IMG/VR virus record: IMGVR_UViG_3300046170_000181
Span: 1-52,975 of that record
Direction: 5' to 3' (one strand)
DNA from: a virus
Taxonomy: Duplodnaviria; Caudoviricetes
DNA: 52,975 nucleotides
The stretch's first letter is position 1. The number at the start of each line of letters is the position of its first letter. The notes beneath the pieces were generated by a model. The model saw only the letters and a list, made by a program, of their open reading frames with translations, was not told the DNA's origin and ran no database searches. Below are positions 48,768 to 52,975 of the stretch, in pieces. The translations under genes and the position numbers were made by a program.

Positions 48768-49781
48768 TTATAACTCCGCATCTATATTAAAGGTGTCGGG
48801 TTCTGTGTTCCCATTAGGCCCCCCAAGCAGGGTACTTTCATTGGCATTAAGGCCACTAAAACCCTCTACTTTTACAAGCATTCCATTATTATTGGAGTAA
48901 ATTCCGCTAACATTCGCGGAAGTCGTGTCTCTGTTTGAAACACCAAATTTATAGTAACGCATAGTTGTGGATATTAAACTAACAGATGGGGTTGCTCTTT
49001 TTGCAGTTTTGAAAGTAAGACCTGTCCAAATTCCCGTAGTTGAATTTGCAATACCCGGTGAACCTATGCCTGTTCGTTCAAAATAGCGTTGGCAAAGCTG
49101 TAGTTCTTCACCGTAGCTTCTATGCTCGAAGGAACTTGGCTCTCCTGAGCCATACTCTAGTTGGACGCCTGTAAGGTACAGGTCTTGAGGTGTATCGTTC
49201 GTTCCCATAAGTAGACGTAGAACAAGGCACTTCATATCACTAAGGCTCCCCGCACCAGCCGCCCATGTAGGGCAGGTGTAGTGGAACACAAAGCGTTGCC
49301 AATTGTTTGTCAGAGTACCATTACTTTCGGTTCTCGTAGCATTCTGTGTATAAGAATTACCATTCATACCGTTTGCTAAAAACAGAACAGGGTTAAGACT
49401 TGTTTGTGTTCCCGCAGAAGTCTTCTTCGCCCAGAATGAAAGAATAAGATTTGTGCCTTGGGCAAACTTTTGATAGTTACCTGCCTCGTCTAACTCAACT
49501 GCGGTACGAAGGTGGAAGCCATCATCAGTCGCTCCCGTGGCAGAACACTTCCATGAGTATGAAAAGTTTGTATTCACAGGAACATCTGTTGTACGATCCA
49601 CTGCCACAGTAGTACCGCTACGAGGTTCACATCGCCACATATCGGCGTTTGTGCCACTACCCGCAGAGGAAAAGCTAATTCCGCGTTGCCAAACCTGAAA
49701 CGCCCCGTTCAGAAACATATTTCTACGCCCACCAATCTGGCCTACATCAAGAGAGTTAGTTTCAATTTTAGATAGAGCCAT
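48768..49781 (-). CDS. Tail fibre or receptor-binding protein with a carbohydrate-binding-like domain
   Basis: RNMFLNGAFQVWQRG..LTGVQLE..FEHRSYGEELQLCQRYF; probable start MALSK at 49781. Confidence 0.75.
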   Translation of the reverse strand: MALSKIETNSLDVGQIGGRRNMFLNGAFQVWQRGISFSSAGSGTNADMWRCEPRSGTTVAVDRTTDVPVNTNFSYSWKCSATGATDDGFHLRTAVELDEAGNYQKFAQGTNLILSFWAKKTSAGTQTSLNPVLFLANGMNGNSYTQNATRTESNGTLTNNWQRFVFHYTCPTWAAGAGSLSDMKCLVLRLLMGTNDTPQDLYLTGVQLEYGSGEPSSFEHRSYGEELQLCQRYFERTGIGSPGIANSTTGIWTGLTFKTAKRATPSVSLISTTMRYYKFGVSNRDTTSANVSGIYSNNNGMLVKVEGFSGLNANESTLLGGPNGNTEPDTFNIDAEL

Positions 49782-50031
49782 TATCTGCCTCTCGTTCTGC
49801 CGCTGTTTGTACCCAGCCACGAGCGAATGCATCATTTACAATTTCATCTCGTGTCGTAGGAATTTGAACACCCTCGTCCAAAGCACGGGCTGTGTAGATG
49901 CTTATAATCTCATCCATTGCGATACGGGCGCGGTTAGTTATTGCATTATCGGCCCAAGCAAGGGGCGACATGGCAACATATTCCATCGCCTTCATTTCTG
50001 TGTCAGTTATATTTACTGATAGTGTTGCCAT
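49768..50031 (-). CDS. Small tail-associated protein
   Basis: 87 aa, WADNAITNRARIA; follows the C1q-like fibre gene. Confidence 0.6.
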   Translation of the reverse strand: MATLSVNITDTEMKAMEYVAMSPLAWADNAITNRARIAMDEIISIYTARALDEGVQIPTTRDEIVNDAFARGWVQTAAEREADNGSI

Positions 50032-50049
50032 TGTTTTTTCTCCGTTGAA

Positions 50050-51042
50050 TTAGCTTAACAAAATTCCTGAAAATGCATTATGATTACCACCGTAAAAATA
50101 TAAGTTTCCACTGTCAGAGGCGGCGGATACATAATCGTTTACGCTTAGATAGGTAACTGTAGAAAACATATTTCCAAGTGCGCCGGGGTCATTACCGGTC
50201 ATTGGCCTAAAGCCGCCAGCATGGCCGGATGTTGAGCCGTTAACCATAATTGTTGGTCTTGACTGACTGGTGGTGTTATTTGTTAGAGCAGACCAGCAAA
50301 ACAAATAGAATCCACTAACCGGTGCAGTAAACCTGTATGTTGTCGTGTCGTAGTGACCACCTACATTTTTATATGCGGTGTTTGCAGGAAATGCAGTACC
50401 GGAAGATACAGAAGTATAATTACTGTTGCTTGTTGCAGATGCCAAAAACGCTGGCTGATACGGCATCGTGACACGGCCTGAAGAATCAAGCCTCCAGCGG
50501 TATGAACTTGCGTTTCTGTCGTATATGACAAAACTGCCAGAACCTGTAGGGCCATTATCATCAGAACCCACTGTAAAATCTGAAGTATTATCACTATCTT
50601 GAAAACGAATAAACGCATTATGCACATCCCCTTTAACGCGCATAATATCAGTTCCGCCTGTGCTTCTAGTTATATCTACCTGATAGCTAGGGGAAGAATT
50701 ATTTACACCAACAGTTCCGTTAGCAACTGTACTTCCAGATATAGTAGCTTGAGAAGCCTCTAATGCGCTGTCTGAAGGGTGTACTACTGTCTGTAAAGCT
50801 CTACCTCTAAAGATAGCGTAAACGTCATCAGAAGAGCTTACAGCCTCAGTAAGAGTCAATGTAGAACCAGAACAAGAGTAAGCCTCAGTTGGCTCCTGTC
50901 GCACGTTATTGATAAAAAGCTCAATATCATTTGCGCCAGTTACAGGGTAATCAAGGCTGTAAGACGTACCACCGTTTCCAGTGATATCCTGCTTTGCAAA
51001 CGATACAAAATTGTTTACTGGCTTGTTACCCAAATATGCCAT
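50050..51042 (-). CDS. Tail fibre with a C-terminal C1q-like domain
   Basis: MAYLGNKP N-terminus; QPAF..NVGGHY..RFTAPVSGFYLF..FSGIL C1q pattern. Confidence 0.75.
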   Translation of the reverse strand: MAYLGNKPVNNFVSFAKQDITGNGGTSYSLDYPVTGANDIELFINNVRQEPTEAYSCSGSTLTLTEAVSSSDDVYAIFRGRALQTVVHPSDSALEASQATISGSTVANGTVGVNNSSPSYQVDITRSTGGTDIMRVKGDVHNAFIRFQDSDNTSDFTVGSDDNGPTGSGSFVIYDRNASSYRWRLDSSGRVTMPYQPAFLASATSNSNYTSVSSGTAFPANTAYKNVGGHYDTTTYRFTAPVSGFYLFCWSALTNNTTSQSRPTIMVNGSTSGHAGGFRPMTGNDPGALGNMFSTVTYLSVNDYVSAASDSGNLYFYGGNHNAFSGILLS

Positions 51043-51368
51043 TAAGTGATCTCCATTACGCCCATAACTACATCCAAGCTAGAAGCAGTATTTGATTTAA
51101 CTTGAATATCATCCGTAGGTTCTAGGATGTATTTCTGACCTGATAATACTTCGAGAGTTGAGCCAGCGGGGATATCAACACTTGTAAGCATCTTACGAGC
51201 ACTTGAGCCCGCATCCCTAAATTGGACATCTACTACGATAGATCCAGTAGTTGTGTTACACAGGGACATACCTAAAACCACTGTCGTGGTGCCCGCAGGT
51301 GCGGCATATACCGTAGCGTATGCTGTCCCTGTCCCTGCACTGTGAGCATTTTTAAATGTGTTTGCCAT
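51042..51368 (-). CDS. Tail-associated protein
   Basis: MANTFK..IPAGSTLE..KYIL..SLDV conserved small tail protein. Confidence 0.65.
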   Translation of the reverse strand: MANTFKNAHSAGTGTAYATVYAAPAGTTTVVLGMSLCNTTTGSIVVDVQFRDAGSSARKMLTSVDIPAGSTLEVLSGQKYILEPTDDIQVKSNTASSLDVVMGVMEIT

Positions 51369-51375
51369 ATTTTAT

Positions 51376-52975
51376 TTATCCCAGTGCGATTGCTAATGCT
51401 GTTGAATCATCCACCGTTGCGTAACCCGCATCATTGGTAAAAGTGCTCACGGTGGTTGGTTGAGTATAGCTGATTACACCAGTGCTACTGTTATAGTTAA
51501 TACTACCACTTGCACTTAACTCAGACCTTACATTAGCCTGTATACTTGTAATATCATTATAACTTATTGTCGCACTAGTTAAAACAGCATTTTGCACTTC
51601 ATTGCCATTTAAATTGAGATCCCCAGACATGGTAGATCCCGCTTTTGCTACATACGCCGTAGCCGCTTGGTTAGCGTAGTATTTTGCAGAGAATTCAGAT
51701 CCGTCAACAGTACCGCTTGTTTTTGTGGCCCAATCTTGGGCTAGTGTGGCACTTGTCGCCGCATTAGTTTCGCTAGTTGAAGCATTTGCCTCACTTGTTG
51801 CCGCCGCCGCCGCGCTTGCACTCGCCGCTGTAGCAGAACCAAGGATACTGTCTGCATAATTCTTAGTAGCCGCATCTTGAGCATTTACTGGGTCAACAAC
51901 ATTAGAAATGGTGTTTGTGCCCATGTTCAAGGTGCCAGACATAGTGCCACCAGATAGTGACAGCTTTAGAGCATCTTGCGTATCAACATATTGTTTGTTT
52001 GCCGCATCACCATTACCAGATGGTGTAGCGAGGCCAGTAATGTTGTTACTGCCCATTGCGATAGAACCAGACATGGTTCCACCAGCCAAATTAAGTTTAG
52101 TAGCGTCTACGCCATCTACATATGCTTTTGTAGTTGCGTCCGCTGATGCTGTAGGCGTTCCAAGATTGGTAATCTTGCTGGTGCCCATAACAATTGCGCC
52201 AGTCATTGTACCACCAGCAAGTGGCAGTTTTGTGGCTAGAGCATTTGTAATTGTGGTTGCGTAGTTAGGATCATCGCCTAGAGCCGCCGCCAACTCGTTT
52301 AGAGTATCAAGAGCTCCGGGTGCGCTATCAATTACAGCCGCAACCTCAGAGTCAACATACCCTTTAGTTGCCGCGTCTGAACTTGCACTAGGTGTTGCAA
52401 GACCTGTTACAGTATTGCCACCCATCGTGATATTGCCTGACATTGTGCCGCCAGCCAAGTTCAGTTTTAGAGCGTCATTAGTATCTACATAATTCTTTGT
52501 AGCCGCGTCTTGAGCGTTCGTAGGATCAGTTAGGTTTACGATGGTTGCAGTCGTAGCCGCATCCATATTCAACTGACCATTAACAGTCACATTGTTAAAT
52601 GTCGATGTGCCTGAAGAAGCTGTTACGTTACCAGTTAGATCACCAGTTACATCTCCTGTAACATTTCCCCCTGTCAGGTTACCTGTAACATTACCCGTTA
52701 CATTACCTGTTAAGTCTCCAGTAATCCCACTAGTAGCAGATAGAGTAGTAAAAGCACCACTGGAAGCTGTAGTAGCCCCAATAACAGTGCCGTCAATTGT
52801 CCCACCGTTAATATCAACTGTAGCAAGCGTTGCCTGTCCTGAAGTCGATACTGTTGTGAACGCACCTGATGCTGGTGTAGCAGATCCGATTGTTGCCGCA
52901 TCAATGCTACCCCCGTTAATATCAGCGGTGTCCGCAACGAGACTGTCAATCTGAGCCACACCATTAATAAACAGA
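51376..52975 (-). CDS. Long tail fibre, C-terminal part (5' truncated by the window end)
   Basis: Repeated DINGGTIDG and GGTMSG..DAATKxYVD fibre motifs, APGALDTLNELAAAL, C-terminal ALAIALG. Confidence 0.85.
   Translation of the reverse strand, partial: LFINGVAQIDSLVADTADINGGSIDAATIGSATPASGAFTTVSTSGQATLATVDINGGTIDGTVIGATTASSGAFTTLSATSGITGDLTGNVTGNVTGNLTGGNVTGDVTGDLTGNVTASSGTSTFNNVTVNGQLNMDAATTATIVNLTDPTNAQDAATKNYVDTNDALKLNLAGGTMSGNITMGGNTVTGLATPSASSDAATKGYVDSEVAAVIDSAPGALDTLNELAAALGDDPNYATTITNALATKLPLAGGTMTGAIVMGTSKITNLGTPTASADATTKAYVDGVDATKLNLAGGTMSGSIAMGSNNITGLATPSGNGDAANKQYVDTQDALKLSLSGGTMSGTLNMGTNTISNVVDPVNAQDAATKNYADSILGSATAASASAAAAATSEANASTSETNAATSATLAQDWATKTSGTVDGSEFSAKYYANQAATAYVAKAGSTMSGDLNLNGNEVQNAVLTSATISYNDITSIQANVRSELSASGSINYNSSTGVISYTQPTTVSTFTNDAGYATVDDSTALAIALG

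Noticed and set aside
8-52964. Numerous short antisense or alternate-frame ORFs in the track (e.g. 8-316, 8590-8995, 41589-42050, 44450-44935)
   Set aside because: They are shadows of well-supported genes and show no recognisable motifs.
52960-52975. Exact circular closure with position 1
   Set aside because: Both ends lie in the same fibre gene, but joining them shifts the frame and shows no overlap, so some sequence is probably missing.
45630-52975. Diversity-generating retroelement or invertase shufflon acting on fibre genes
   Set aside because: No reverse transcriptase, serine invertase or near-identical template/variable repeat pair was seen.

Overview
Near-complete ~53 kb genome of a temperate marine podovirus of the HMO-2011 type (host probably an alphaproteobacterium such as Roseobacter or SAR116), opened inside the long tail-fibre gene. 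The diagnostic feature is a family A DNA polymerase with an inserted DnaJ-type CxxCxGxG zinc finger. Layout: minus-strand packaging, head and tail genes (1-13.7 kb); a probable genome terminus (~14.0 kb) followed by a compositionally extreme, CCGG-saturated region with two duplicated expression cassettes (14.0-16.7 kb); a plus-strand integrase, attP (tRNA-Met 3' end), replication and nucleotide-metabolism arm (17.3-31.7 kb); and minus-strand internal virion, lysis and tail-fibre genes (31.8-53 kb). About ten single-base insertions break or fuse genes and look like sequencing errors. I recognised no CI-like repressor. The most interesting signal is non-coding: two candidate trans-acting small RNAs (one complementary to the Shine-Dalgarno regions of primase and DNA polymerase, one to the shared leader of the two putative early cassettes), an alphaproteobacterial LexA box over a putative early promoter, a recurring 31-bp operator-like motif, and a repeated CC/nUAC internal-loop RNA motif in the capsid and scaffold leaders. 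All protein calls come from motif recognition and synteny, not database searches.
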